Assembly (NCBI GenBank): GCA_965197585.1
Contig: OZ240215.1
Location: forward strand, 2,176,001-2,240,000
Origin: Dehalococcoidia bacterium
GTDB taxonomy: Bacteria > Chloroflexota > Dehalococcoidia > Plut-88900
Reading direction: 5' to 3'
DNA length: 64,000 bases
The translations under genes were made by a program, and so were the position numbers. Under the pieces are notes generated by a model. That model did not search any database and was not told where the DNA came from. It worked only from the letters and a program-made list of their open reading frames with translations. This document shows, piece after piece, positions 1 through 8,887 of this stretch (position 1 is the first letter of the stretch; each line of letters opens with the position of its first letter).

Positions 1-478
1 CGTATCGCACCTCCACCGGCAGCGGTATCCCGAACCTGCGCCGTATCTGATCATTGAACCGGATCCGACCCCGCACTGTCTGCAACGCCTCTTCCTTCAC
101 CAAGTACCCATGCAGCAACCCCCTACCGAACGCCCGCCTTGCTGTCACTGATAACGCGAGAGCCAACGCATCCGGCAATGCCTTTTCTTCCCTTAGGTCT
201 ACATCCGTATCCTGAAACTTAACCTTGCCTATGGCATAGCACGCCAAAGATATCAACTGGGCTATCCCAATCTTCGGCTCTATTACCACAGATAGATCGC
301 CCACCTTCACCGCCCCAACCGTCGATCCGGGAGTCAAGTCGTAACTGCCTTCTTCTGTTGGATTCGGGCTGAGGGCAAGGTTAAGTCTATTGCTCTCACC
401 CATTAGCGTCTTCAACTCAGAAGGTGAGAGTAGGACGTCTTCAGTCCTTTGGTGTTCTTTAAGATTCAGGTTGCGCAT
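1..478 (-). CDS. mcrC: McrC-family restriction subunit (5' part, runs off the window)
   Basis: Manual translation from ATG 478, overlapping the mcrB stop: MRNLNLKEHQ...GSTVGAVKVGDLSVVIEPKIG...GLLHGY...TVRGRIRFNDQIRRR, a typical McrC N-terminal region. Confidence 0.85.
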   Translation of the reverse strand, partial: MRNLNLKEHQRTEDVLLSPSELKTLMGESNRLNLALSPNPTEEGSYDLTPGSTVGAVKVGDLSVVIEPKIGIAQLISLACYAIGKVKFQDTDVDLREEKALPDALALALSVTARRAFGRGLLHGYLVKEEALQTVRGRIRFNDQIRRRFGIPLPVEVRY

Positions 479-2840
479 TGCCGTTCACGTTGTCTTGTCC
501 TCCACCGTTCTCCTGGGAATCAGTCGCGGGTTCCTTCTTCAGCAACGTATTTAGGTCGAATTCCTGGCTTCCTTCTTCCCCACCAAATCTGCGCTCTTCG
601 ATATACGGCAGCACGCTATGTTTCCAAATACGTTCGACTGCAACCGTATCTAGCCCTTCTTTCATAAAGTAGCTCGGCCCTATGGCTGCGTGTCGGTCAT
701 CCTTCAGCTTTTCGTTTACTTTCTCAACCGCGTCCGCGACCCACTCCATCCCCTCAGCGTTTTCTTGCAGCCACTTGCGCAGCACACTTCTTACAGGTTT
801 ATGGTCTGGATGAAATTCCACAAAATAAAACCGTCGCCGCAGTGCCATGTCCACCAAAGCAATGGATCGGTCAGCAGTGTTCATAGTCCCGATGATGTAC
901 AGATTCTTGGGAAGCCTGAACTCTCCGTCACTGTATTGGAGCGTTGCGGGCGCATCTCTGTATTCAAGGAGGAAATACAACTCTCCTAGCACCTTTGCTA
1001 AGTTTCCCCTATTGATTTCGTCAATGATTAGATAGTGTTTCTCATCCGAAACCCTCGCCTTCTCTGCAATTTCCAGCAATGGCCCATTCCTCAGTTTGTA
1101 TACGAGATTCCCATTCTCTATGCTCGGACGAAAACCCTGCACAAAGTCCTCGTAGGCATAGGAGGGATGAAACTGGACCAATGTGACCCGATCTCCCGAC
1201 CCGGCTAGGCACCCCGCTATCTTCTGTGCAATAAACGTCTTCCCCGTCCCCGGCGGCCCTTGGAAGATGACCTGCTTTTTCTCCTCAAGCAGCGTTTGGA
1301 TTTCCTCTAGGAAAGAGACGGGCAGGAAGGTCTGCTCAGCAAGGTCATCTAGAGTTGTAGAGCTTATGGGAGGCTGTGTGTCACTCTCATCTTCCGGCCG
1401 CTCAACTCGGCCTGTCACTATTGCCCAAGCCACAGATTGCGCGTCAAGCCGATGGCGTAAGTTAACCTTCCGTTTATTTCCTTCTTCAATAAACTGGTCC
1501 AGGAATCCAAGGGCATGTTCGTACAGCACCTCCTCACTGGCGTCCTTGTCTGGTTTGTCATACCCGACTTGCTCATAGGTTCTATTAAATATGTTGACTC
1601 TAAAGGGTGGATAGTGTTCTGCATTAAGCCCCATCAATAACACGGATACAACATTAATGCGCGTTCCAGTTCCACCTATTACTTCAGTTGGGAACCGTTG
1701 GCAAAAAGCGTGTATGCGATCTGAGACCGAAGTCTCCTCTTGTGCCCAAAGTGCCTCTAGAGCTTCTTGCACCGTAACAGGAGACTCATTAATCCAATCC
1801 TGTAACTTTGACAAAGTTACATAGTGTATTAGGTTATTGTCGCTGTTTGTGAGTGCTTGCTTCAACAATAGTGGCCAATCATCCGCTCCCCTAGACATAG
1901 CATCCCGCGCTACAGCTAATTTTCCGCCTATTGCAAGCTTATAATCTATCTCTTCCTCTTCCAATGTCCCTGCATCTATATACTCCTTGGCCAGTGTTAC
2001 AAACTTATCCCAAGTGTTGGCACTCACCTTCTTGCTGTCCCTCCACTTGTAGCTAATAGCGTCCTCGTAGAAGTGGAAATCCCTTCCTAATTTCTTCTCC
2101 AGACCTGCGCGAATTTGCTGCAATTTGCGATCTACATCATCTGTCGGTTGAGTGACTAGCGTACTAAAGGCGTCGGCAACTGCACTCTTGTGGTCTTCAC
2201 TGACAATGCCTTCAAACGTGTCAGGGTGGACTAGGTGAAGTAATGCTTGTCGTTGAATGCGTGACGCATTCTGATATTTGCTAACTAGCAGGCTGCGAGG
2301 TCTAAAATCCATCAGAAATCGTTTGAATTCCCACGGAGCATCTATTATGCGTACGAGTTCACTGGGATCCTCTTGTTTCAGGCGCTCCACAAACTCGATT
2401 AGGAGACCGACTTGAAATGGACGGAATGTGTGATACGCCGTTCCAGGAGTCGCTATTCCCGGAGTTAGAGCAGCAATAAGTTCCGTTGGGATCTCTACGG
2501 GTGATGTTGACCATCCGAGAACCGTTTCAATTACGTTTCTCTCATCCGTCACACTCTTGGTGTGCACTATTAGGAAGTAGAAGTAAAGGGCCTCTCCCAT
2601 GAGTTGGTATACCTCTGGTGGGCTGTTCTCTAACTGTTTTCCCAACTTGTCCAGAAAGCTCCCATCCGTTTCGTCCGGGCTGTTCAGGAACTTCTCGTGC
2701 AAGACACCCAAATTCCTTATCGTCCAAATTGCTTTTCCCGGCGTGAACAACGACCCCTCCGACCTCAGCGCGCAATCAACCCATTCCTGAGCCGCATCGT
2801 AGACCTTCTCTACACCGTTTCCAGCCCTCCTACTTCCCAT
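459..2840 (-). CDS. mcrB: McrB-family AAA+ GTPase with extended N-terminal domains
   Basis: Walker A GPPGTGKT, QFHPSYAYEDF, Walker B IIDEINR, McrB signature MNTADRS, ALRRRF. Directly upstream of mcrC. Confidence 0.92.
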   Translation of the reverse strand: MGSRRAGNGVEKVYDAAQEWVDCALRSEGSLFTPGKAIWTIRNLGVLHEKFLNSPDETDGSFLDKLGKQLENSPPEVYQLMGEALYFYFLIVHTKSVTDERNVIETVLGWSTSPVEIPTELIAALTPGIATPGTAYHTFRPFQVGLLIEFVERLKQEDPSELVRIIDAPWEFKRFLMDFRPRSLLVSKYQNASRIQRQALLHLVHPDTFEGIVSEDHKSAVADAFSTLVTQPTDDVDRKLQQIRAGLEKKLGRDFHFYEDAISYKWRDSKKVSANTWDKFVTLAKEYIDAGTLEEEEIDYKLAIGGKLAVARDAMSRGADDWPLLLKQALTNSDNNLIHYVTLSKLQDWINESPVTVQEALEALWAQEETSVSDRIHAFCQRFPTEVIGGTGTRINVVSVLLMGLNAEHYPPFRVNIFNRTYEQVGYDKPDKDASEEVLYEHALGFLDQFIEEGNKRKVNLRHRLDAQSVAWAIVTGRVERPEDESDTQPPISSTTLDDLAEQTFLPVSFLEEIQTLLEEKKQVIFQGPPGTGKTFIAQKIAGCLAGSGDRVTLVQFHPSYAYEDFVQGFRPSIENGNLVYKLRNGPLLEIAEKARVSDEKHYLIIDEINRGNLAKVLGELYFLLEYRDAPATLQYSDGEFRLPKNLYIIGTMNTADRSIALVDMALRRRFYFVEFHPDHKPVRSVLRKWLQENAEGMEWVADAVEKVNEKLKDDRHAAIGPSYFMKEGLDTVAVERIWKHSVLPYIEERRFGGEEGSQEFDLNTLLKKEPATDSQENGGGQDNVNGNAQPES

Positions 2841-2916
2841 CGAGCCCCTCCTAGTCGATATGTTTCGGCCCCAATCTTACACCCTTTACACTCCTCCCCC
2901 ATCCACCCCCACCCCC

Positions 2917-2945
2917 TTGACCCATACAAACATATGTGCTATATT
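2917..2945 (+). promoter_or_regulatory. sigma70 promoter with overlapping LexA-like box (element copy 1)
   Basis: TTGACC-17 nt-TATATT with TGn extension. AAAC-ATAT-GTGC (2928-2939) resembles GAAC-N4-GTTC. The same layout occurs in the other two copies. Confidence 0.65.
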
Positions 2946-2949
2946 CGCC

Positions 2950-3771
2950 ACAGTCTAGACCCGACACCCACCTTAAGGAGGAACCAAAACACCAGGGAAG
3001 CCCCCGAGACCCACCCGAGGACTCAACGCCCTAGCCCATCCCAACGGCCCTCGCGCAGGCCCGAGGCTCAAGCAACAGACGCCATCTCCTCTCACCAGGG
3101 TCCCGGCTATCCCTTCCAGCATCAGGCGATGGGAGGTTCCCGGCATCCATCCGGCTAGCCAGCTCCCTATCAGCGCCCCCGTCGGGGGGCAAACCTACAT
3201 AACCGGCATAGACCTTGCCGGCCAGTCCGAACAGTCGGAATAGCGCCGACTCAAAACCAACGCACCCTTTAGGGATTCCACCGTCGTCACCGCCGGCAAG
3301 CTCCGGTCTACAAACGGCGGTCTCGGGTCCCCGCTCCCATCCCTTGGGATGGTCGAGCACTTCTGGTGGACGGGACTGCCCCACACCGAGAATATCTCGG
3401 GTCCCGCCACATCCTCTCAGAAGTCAGTGGCAAGGATTCCACCGTCGTCACCATCGGCAAGCTCCGGTCTACGAACGGCGGTCTCGGGTCCCCGCTCCCA
3501 TCCCTTGGGATGGTCGAGCACTTCTGGTGTACGGGACTGCCCCACACCGAGAAATCCTCGGGTCTCGTCCACATCCTCTCAGAAGTCAGGGGCTGTCGCA
3601 GAGAAATAGTCGACCCAACGGGTATCGACACAGGCGTCCCCGCCATCCTGCGCAAACGTCCGGGAACCTCCATCGCCGACCCTCCAAAACAAACAAAACA
3701 AACCGAAACCCCACAAGTGAACACCATCCCCCATGTATAATCCCCAAGGTCGAAGATCCGCCTAGGGCGGA
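2950..3771 (+). ncRNA. Putative large structured ncRNA, copy 1 of a dispersed family
   Basis: 5' ~190 nt homologous to 8614-8812 (minus) and 63870-64000. Long-range helix 3125-3143/3660-3677. A/C-rich tail 3678-3717. No reading frame is conserved between copies. Confidence 0.55.
3273..3589 (+). repeat. Tandem duplication, two ~155-bp units (period 161)
   Basis: GGATTCCACCGTCGTCACC...CTCTCAGAAGTCAG at 3273-3427 and 3434-3589, near identical. Confidence 0.95.
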
Positions 3772-3785
3772 AGGAGCACCCGACC

Positions 3786-4895
3786 ATGCGAGAACATCCA
3801 CTAGTCGACGTCGACAGCCACGTCCTTGAACCCATGTCCGTCTGGCAGGACTACCTCGAACCCGACCTCAGGCCCCGCGCCATACGATGGTCCACCGACG
3901 ACAACGGCCGAGAGCTCATGCTCATCGATGGCAAGCCCGCACGCCAGTTCATGCTCCGCAACGGCTGGATGGGCAACCCCGAGGTCCCCGGCGGTCGTGC
4001 CTTCGAAGACCGCGTCACCACCTCCCTAGGCGCGGCCAACGGCCCCGACCGCGTCCAGCTCCTAGACAACGAGGGCATCGACATCACCCTCCTCTACCCC
4101 ACCCTCGGCATCCAGTGGGAGCCCGAGTTCGAGGACTACAAGCTCGCCGCCGCTCACGCCCGCGCCTACAACTCCTGGATCACCGACCTCTGCAAACCCC
4201 ACTCAGACCGTCTCATTCCCGTCGCCCACGTCGTCGCTTCCGACGTCGATGAAGGAGCGGCGGAGCTGGAGCGGGCCGCGGGGCTTGGCGCACGGGGCGG
4301 CATGGTCAGCGGCAGGCCCATCAACGGCATCCCCTACGGAGACCCCTACTATGACCCCCTCTGGGGGCAGGCATCGGAATCCCGCATCCCTCTCGCCCTT
4401 CACGTCATGGGCTACCCCAGACACCTCGGCTATGACATGTACCCGGACACCAGCCCCAAAATCGCCTGGTGGGGCTTCGTCACCCTCGGCCTGGAGGTCA
4501 TCATCGGCCTCACGACACTGTTCCAGGGAGCTGTCTTCGAAAGATTCCCGGACCTGCGCCTCGTCGTGCTGGAAGCCGGGTCGGGCTGGCTGCCCTACTG
4601 GCTCGACAGGATGGACGAATACACCGAGCTCTTCACCTACGCTACATCGCTATCGATGAAGCCGACCGAGTATTTCAAACGACAGTGCTGGATATCCTTC
4701 GAACCCAGCGAAGAAATGATGCCCGAGACCATGGACTTCATCGGCGTCGACAAATTCATGTGGGCCGCCGACTACCCCCACACCGACTCCGTCGCCGAAC
4801 CCGTACGCCTCCTCACCAAGATGCTCGCTCCCCTATCCCAGGAAGACCGATGGAAAGTCCTCGGCGACACCGCCGTCAAGCTCTACGGCCTCTAG
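3786..4895 (+). CDS. Amidohydrolase_2 family metal-dependent hydrolase/decarboxylase
   Basis: N-terminal DxDSH, LYPT, ALHV, LEAGSGW, WAADYPH. RBS AAGGAG. Confidence 0.88.
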   Translation: MREHPLVDVDSHVLEPMSVWQDYLEPDLRPRAIRWSTDDNGRELMLIDGKPARQFMLRNGWMGNPEVPGGRAFEDRVTTSLGAANGPDRVQLLDNEGIDITLLYPTLGIQWEPEFEDYKLAAAHARAYNSWITDLCKPHSDRLIPVAHVVASDVDEGAAELERAAGLGARGGMVSGRPINGIPYGDPYYDPLWGQASESRIPLALHVMGYPRHLGYDMYPDTSPKIAWWGFVTLGLEVIIGLTTLFQGAVFERFPDLRLVVLEAGSGWLPYWLDRMDEYTELFTYATSLSMKPTEYFKRQCWISFEPSEEMMPETMDFIGVDKFMWAADYPHTDSVAEPVRLLTKMLAPLSQEDRWKVLGDTAVKLYGL

Positions 4896-4954
4896 CCAAC
4901 CCTCCATGGGACCCCTTGCCCATTCCTTCTTCTGGCCCGCGGGGGTGGTCTTAT

Positions 4955-4999
4955 CCCCTCTCCCTCGATGGGAGAGGGCTAGGGTGAGGGTGAGGGTGA
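4955..4999. repeat. REP-like palindrome (CCCCTCTCCC-n-GGGAGAGGG-CTAGGGTGAGGG family)
   Basis: Hairpin CCCTCTCCC-TCGAT-GGGAGAGGG. Relatives near 8912, 51435, 53714 and 63745. Confidence 0.7.
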
Positions 5000-5106
5000 T
5001 CCTAGTCCTCTTATTGCGAGCTATTGCAACAGCAACATGTCGCATGTATAATTCCCCCAAGGCTTAAACGCCACCATAGAAATCGGCGCAGAGAAAGGAA
5101 AACCCA

Positions 5107-5517
5107 ATGGTAAAGATCTACAACGTCCACAAAGCTATTGAAAACCTGACCCCCATAGTCAACCGAGGCGAGAATACCCCCGAAGAAGTAGTAGTCGCAG
5201 GCTTCGAGATTCTCGGCAGAGGTGACTTCCACGACGCGGCCATCAACCTCGGCACCTTCAACGGCGACGCCGGTTGGGAGAGGCATTCCCAGGGTGACGA
5301 GATCGTACACATCGTGGCCGGCGAGACCGCAATCCAGATGCTCGTGGACGGGGAACGGCAGACCATCCAAGTAAGCGCGGGCGACCTGCTGGTCGTGCCA
5401 CAGGGCACTTGGCATCGACTGCAGTCCGAAAAGGGAGTGACCGTCCTCACCGCAACCCCCGAGGGCCACGAAGACCACGCCTTCGTAGATGACCCAAGGA
5501 CCCTCTACCCCTGCTAA
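5107..5517 (+). CDS. Cupin domain protein
   Basis: WERHSQGDE and AGDLLVVPQGTWH cupin motifs. Confidence 0.85.
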   Translation: MVKIYNVHKAIENLTPIVNRGENTPEEVVVAGFEILGRGDFHDAAINLGTFNGDAGWERHSQGDEIVHIVAGETAIQMLVDGERQTIQVSAGDLLVVPQGTWHRLQSEKGVTVLTATPEGHEDHAFVDDPRTLYPC

Positions 5518-5604
5518 CGACGGTTGAGGATAGCAAATCTGATCGAGGGGCTGGCGCTTTTGCCAGCCCCTCTTCACTCACCCCCGTGCTACACTCCACT
5601 CCAC

Positions 5605-6348
5605 ATGTCCATCATCTTCCTCGCATGTATACTTGCGCTTATGACAGTTCTTTCAGCGTGCGGGGGTGAAGCCCCCGTCGAATGGGGCTACACCGGCCCC
5701 GGCGCCCCCGAGAACTGGGCCTCCCTCTCCCCCGACTTCGCAGCCTGCGCCAACGGCAAACAACAGTCCCCCATCGACATCACCGGCTACCAGGCAGGCG
5801 GCCCCGGCCCGATATCCTTCTCTTACACCACCGCCGAGACAACCCTCCGCAACGATGGCAGACAGGTCCACGTGGACTACGCCCCTGGCAACACTGCCAT
5901 GCTTGGGGGTCGTGCCTTTGAACTGAAGTCGGCGCACTTTCATTCGCCCTCGGAGCACTTGGTGGACGGCGAGAGCTTTGCCGCCGAGCTTCACATGGTC
6001 CACGCCGACTCCAACGGCCGCCTGGCAGTGGTCGGACTCCTGTTCACGCTTGGTGAGCCCAGCCCCGTGGCACAGTCGATTCTCGACGCCGCCCCACCCC
6101 CCGACGGAACCGCCAACGCCTTTATCCCGCTCGCCGACTCCCTCCCCACCGATTTCTCCTACTACCGCTACGACGGCTCCAAGACCACTCCCCCCTGCGA
6201 TGAGCCCGTCGACTGGCACGTCCTTCGCCAACACGTGATCATATCCCAAGAACAGGTGGAAGGTTTGCTTTCGCTTAGTGGCGGCCCCAATAACCGGCCC
6301 GTCCAGCCAGTCGGCGACCGCGTCATTACAATCGGCGGCGCGCCTTAG
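5605..6348 (+). CDS. cah: Alpha-class carbonic anhydrase, lipoprotein
   Basis: Lipobox LSAC, WGY..PENW, QSPIDI, Zn ligands HFH..SEH and ELHMVH, YDGSKTTPPC, NNRPVQP. Confidence 0.9.
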   Translation: MSIIFLACILALMTVLSACGGEAPVEWGYTGPGAPENWASLSPDFAACANGKQQSPIDITGYQAGGPGPISFSYTTAETTLRNDGRQVHVDYAPGNTAMLGGRAFELKSAHFHSPSEHLVDGESFAAELHMVHADSNGRLAVVGLLFTLGEPSPVAQSILDAAPPPDGTANAFIPLADSLPTDFSYYRYDGSKTTPPCDEPVDWHVLRQHVIISQEQVEGLLSLSGGPNNRPVQPVGDRVITIGGAP

Positions 6349-6382
6349 TAAGGGGCTAAGAGAGTGGGGGTTGTACGACCCC

Positions 6383-7552
6383 CTACGGAATCACGTTGCC
6401 GGCAATAAGAGTGCTGGCTGCGGCAAACATGCCACCCGGCCCGTGAGCGATCCCGACCTTGGCGTCCTTCACCTGCCGCTCACCGCATTCTCCTCTAAGC
6501 TGACGCGTCAGCTCGATCAGCGTGAATATCCCGTACATCCCGGAGTGGGTGTAGGACAGGCCGCCGCCGTTGGTGTTCATCGGGAACTCGCCGCCCGGGG
6601 CAGTCCTCTGCCCCTCGACGAAAGGCCCGCTCTCCCCAGGCCCGACAAAGCCCAGGTCCTCCAGCGCCAGCATCGGGGTGAAGGAGAACGCGTCGTACAG
6701 CTCTGCAACATCAATGTCCGAGTGCTTCACCCCGGCCATCTCAAACGCCGCCTTCCCTGACTTCCGTGCGCAGTCCGAGGTCGTCATGTCCCTCATCATG
6801 CTCACCCGCTCGTGGGATACCGCCTCACCCGTCCCGAGAACGTAGACCGGCTTGTGCTTCAGGTCCTTGGCCCGGTCCGCGGTGGTGAGCACTATCGCTC
6901 CTCCTGCATCGGTGACAAGGCAGCACATTAGCAGCGTGAAGGGCCAGCAGATCATGCGGGCATCCATCACGTCCTGGATGGTGATTGGGTCCTTCATCCG
7001 GGCCTTGGGATGCATCATTGCCCACTTCCGTGTCGCCACCGACACCTCCGCCAGCTGCTCCCGCGTCGTGCCGTACTTGTGCATGTGCCGGGTCACGGGT
7101 ATCGAGAAGGTGGTCGTCGGCCCAAACGTCCCGAACGGGTCTTCGAACTGGCCGTTGTGAGTCGCGCTTTCATCTGCGAAACCGGGCAGGCCCATGCGGG
7201 AGCGGCCGCTTTCGCCGTGACTGATGACAGCCGTGTTGATCAGGCCCGCGCTCAGGGCCAGCATCGCGTGCTCCACGTGCATGATGAAGGAGCACCCCCC
7301 GACAATCGTGCTGTCCGCGTACCGGGGCACGACACCTAGGTACTCGCACAGGTCGTTCACCGTCGTCTCCGGCGAGCCCCCGGCCATGAACAGCCCATCC
7401 ACGTCGCCCAGGCCCAGGCCCGCGTCATCGAGGGCGTTTCGTATCGACTCGGCATGCAGCGTGAGCACCGACTTATCGGGCAGTTTGCCCATCTCGTCAG
7501 ACTCGGACGCTCCGACTATGGCGACCTTACCGCGCAAATCTTTCGGGGCCAT
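6383..7552 (-). CDS. Thiolase-superfamily (SCP-x/Ltp2-like) protein
   Basis: ELYDAFS, NTNGGGLS, CCLVTDAGGA. Paired with a DUF35 gene. Confidence 0.88.
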   Translation of the reverse strand: MAPKDLRGKVAIVGASESDEMGKLPDKSVLTLHAESIRNALDDAGLGLGDVDGLFMAGGSPETTVNDLCEYLGVVPRYADSTIVGGCSFIMHVEHAMLALSAGLINTAVISHGESGRSRMGLPGFADESATHNGQFEDPFGTFGPTTTFSIPVTRHMHKYGTTREQLAEVSVATRKWAMMHPKARMKDPITIQDVMDARMICWPFTLLMCCLVTDAGGAIVLTTADRAKDLKHKPVYVLGTGEAVSHERVSMMRDMTTSDCARKSGKAAFEMAGVKHSDIDVAELYDAFSFTPMLALEDLGFVGPGESGPFVEGQRTAPGGEFPMNTNGGGLSYTHSGMYGIFTLIELTRQLRGECGERQVKDAKVGIAHGPGGMFAAASTLIAGNVIP

Positions 7553-7579
7553 TTCAGTCTCCTTATAGCGTCAAAAGGC

Positions 7580-8008
7580 TCATGCGGGCCGGAACTGCGG
7601 CAGCGTCACTTCGCCGGTCACGTCCAGGTAGGCGATCTCGACGGCCATGTCGCAGTGCACCTTATCAGGGTCGGCATCGATGTCGATGAGATTGCTCATC
7701 ATCCGCGGCCCCTCTTCCAACTCAACTACCGCTATGACGTAGGGGTCGGGCCCGAACCCCGGGGCCGGCCTGTGGTTTATCACAAACGAGTAGAGGGTTC
7801 CCTTTCCGCTCGCCTCGAACCACTCCACGTTCTTCGAAAAGCAGAGGGGGCAGAAGGGCCGGGGATAGAAATACGCCTTATCGCAGTCAGTGCAGCGCTG
7901 GATGAGGAGCTTGTGCTCCCTTAGCGCGTCCCAATAGGGCTGGGTCTCGGGGGTTGGTGAGGGCAGGGGACGATTAGTATCCGCCAATGGGGCCACCTCC
8001 CTGGGCAT
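7580..8008 (-). CDS. DUF35 Zn-ribbon/OB-fold acyl-CoA-binding partner
   Basis: CTDC..YPRPFCPLC, GTLYSF, ELEEGPRMMSN. Adjacent to the thiolase. Confidence 0.9.
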   Translation of the reverse strand: MPREVAPLADTNRPLPSPTPETQPYWDALREHKLLIQRCTDCDKAYFYPRPFCPLCFSKNVEWFEASGKGTLYSFVINHRPAPGFGPDPYVIAVVELEEGPRMMSNLIDIDADPDKVHCDMAVEIAYLDVTGEVTLPQFRPA

Positions 8009-8107
8009 CCGTTGGGAATTCCGACGCCGCCTATCCTATCGCCCACCCGTTCCCGGTGTCAATCTGATGTACTCGTCCGGTAGGTCAGTGACACACTGGA
8101 GTTTTCT

Positions 8108-8812
8108 TCAGTCCTCCTGAGGCGGATCCTCCAGAGGCGGATGTTCCCCGCCTACGACGGACTTGCAGCATCTTCGATTGTGGGGTTTGGGTTTCCGTTC
8201 TGTCTGTTGGGTTTTGGGTTGACGATGGAAGACGCTTGCCGGATTCGGCTCCCTATTTTTAGATAATGCGAGCTTGGAGGCGTCCCGGGAACGTGGGGAC
8301 GGGGCTCCGCCGCCGCCTAGACCTGGAAGTATGATAGGACATACGGGTCCGTCATCCGTCATAGGCTCCAATAAGGGTTGGCTGCGCTGTCCGCCGGAGG
8401 CGGATGCAGGAAGGGGAAAGTCCAGGGTCAGTTCCCCTCGCAGGAGTACGGGGTATCCGGTTCGCCGCCTGTATCCAGGAACCCGGAGTGGCGGGCGGCC
8501 CAGTTTCATTTGATGAAGCGGACGGAGAGCCGAGCGGTCCTCGGCTACGGGCTGCCCCGTTCCGCTCCATAGGTCGGGTTGCTCCGTGAGGAGACTTTTA
8601 TGTACGGTCCAGGGCGTCTTCCATCGCCTGATGGTCAGGGTAAGGGATAGCCGGGGGCCCTTGGCAGAGGAGATGGCGGCGTTCGCTTGTGCCGTGGGGC
8701 GGCGTGTAGGCCGCCCTTTGGGATGGGCTTGGACGTTGAGTCCTCGGGGGCCGGGTGGGCTTCCCTGGGTTGTGGTTACCTCCTTAAGGTGGGTGTCGGG
8801 TCTAGACTGGCC
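8108..8812 (-). ncRNA. Putative large structured ncRNA, copy 2
   Basis: Reverse strand shares CAGTCTAGACCCGACACCCACCTTAAGGAGG and downstream blocks with copy 1. Helix 8614-8628/8221-8235. A/C-rich tail 8178-8220. The interior is unrelated to copy 1. Confidence 0.55.
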
Positions 8813-8814
8813 CA

Positions 8815-8843
8815 ATAATAGAACATGTGTCTTATGAAGTCAA
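8815..8843 (-). promoter_or_regulatory. sigma70 promoter with LexA-like box (copy 2)
   Basis: TTGACT-17 nt-TATTAT on the minus strand. GAAC-ATGT-GTCT at 8821-8832. Confidence 0.65.
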
Positions 8844-8887
8844 GGGGTGGATGTCACACTTTTGGGGGGGGCACCGCCCCGGCCCTT

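Noticed and set aside
3273-3589. Tandem repeat as a CRISPR array
   Set aside because: Only two ~155-bp units, no unique spacers, no cas genes.
3125-3677. Retron msr-msd interpretation of the inverted repeat
   Set aside because: No reverse transcriptase in the window and the enclosed region is much longer than a typical msr-msd. Kept only as a loose analogy.
2697-3835. Several 70-200 aa ORFs over element copy 1
   Set aside because: Overlapping Pro/Arg-rich frames with no RBS or domain, and the 161-nt repeat shifts the frame.
8108-8815. 235-aa ORF spanning element copy 2
   Set aside because: Its start lies at the -10 box, upstream of the SD. The frame is not conserved in copies 1 and 3 (2-nt indel; early TAG in copy 1). 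No recognisable domain. Not fully excluded.
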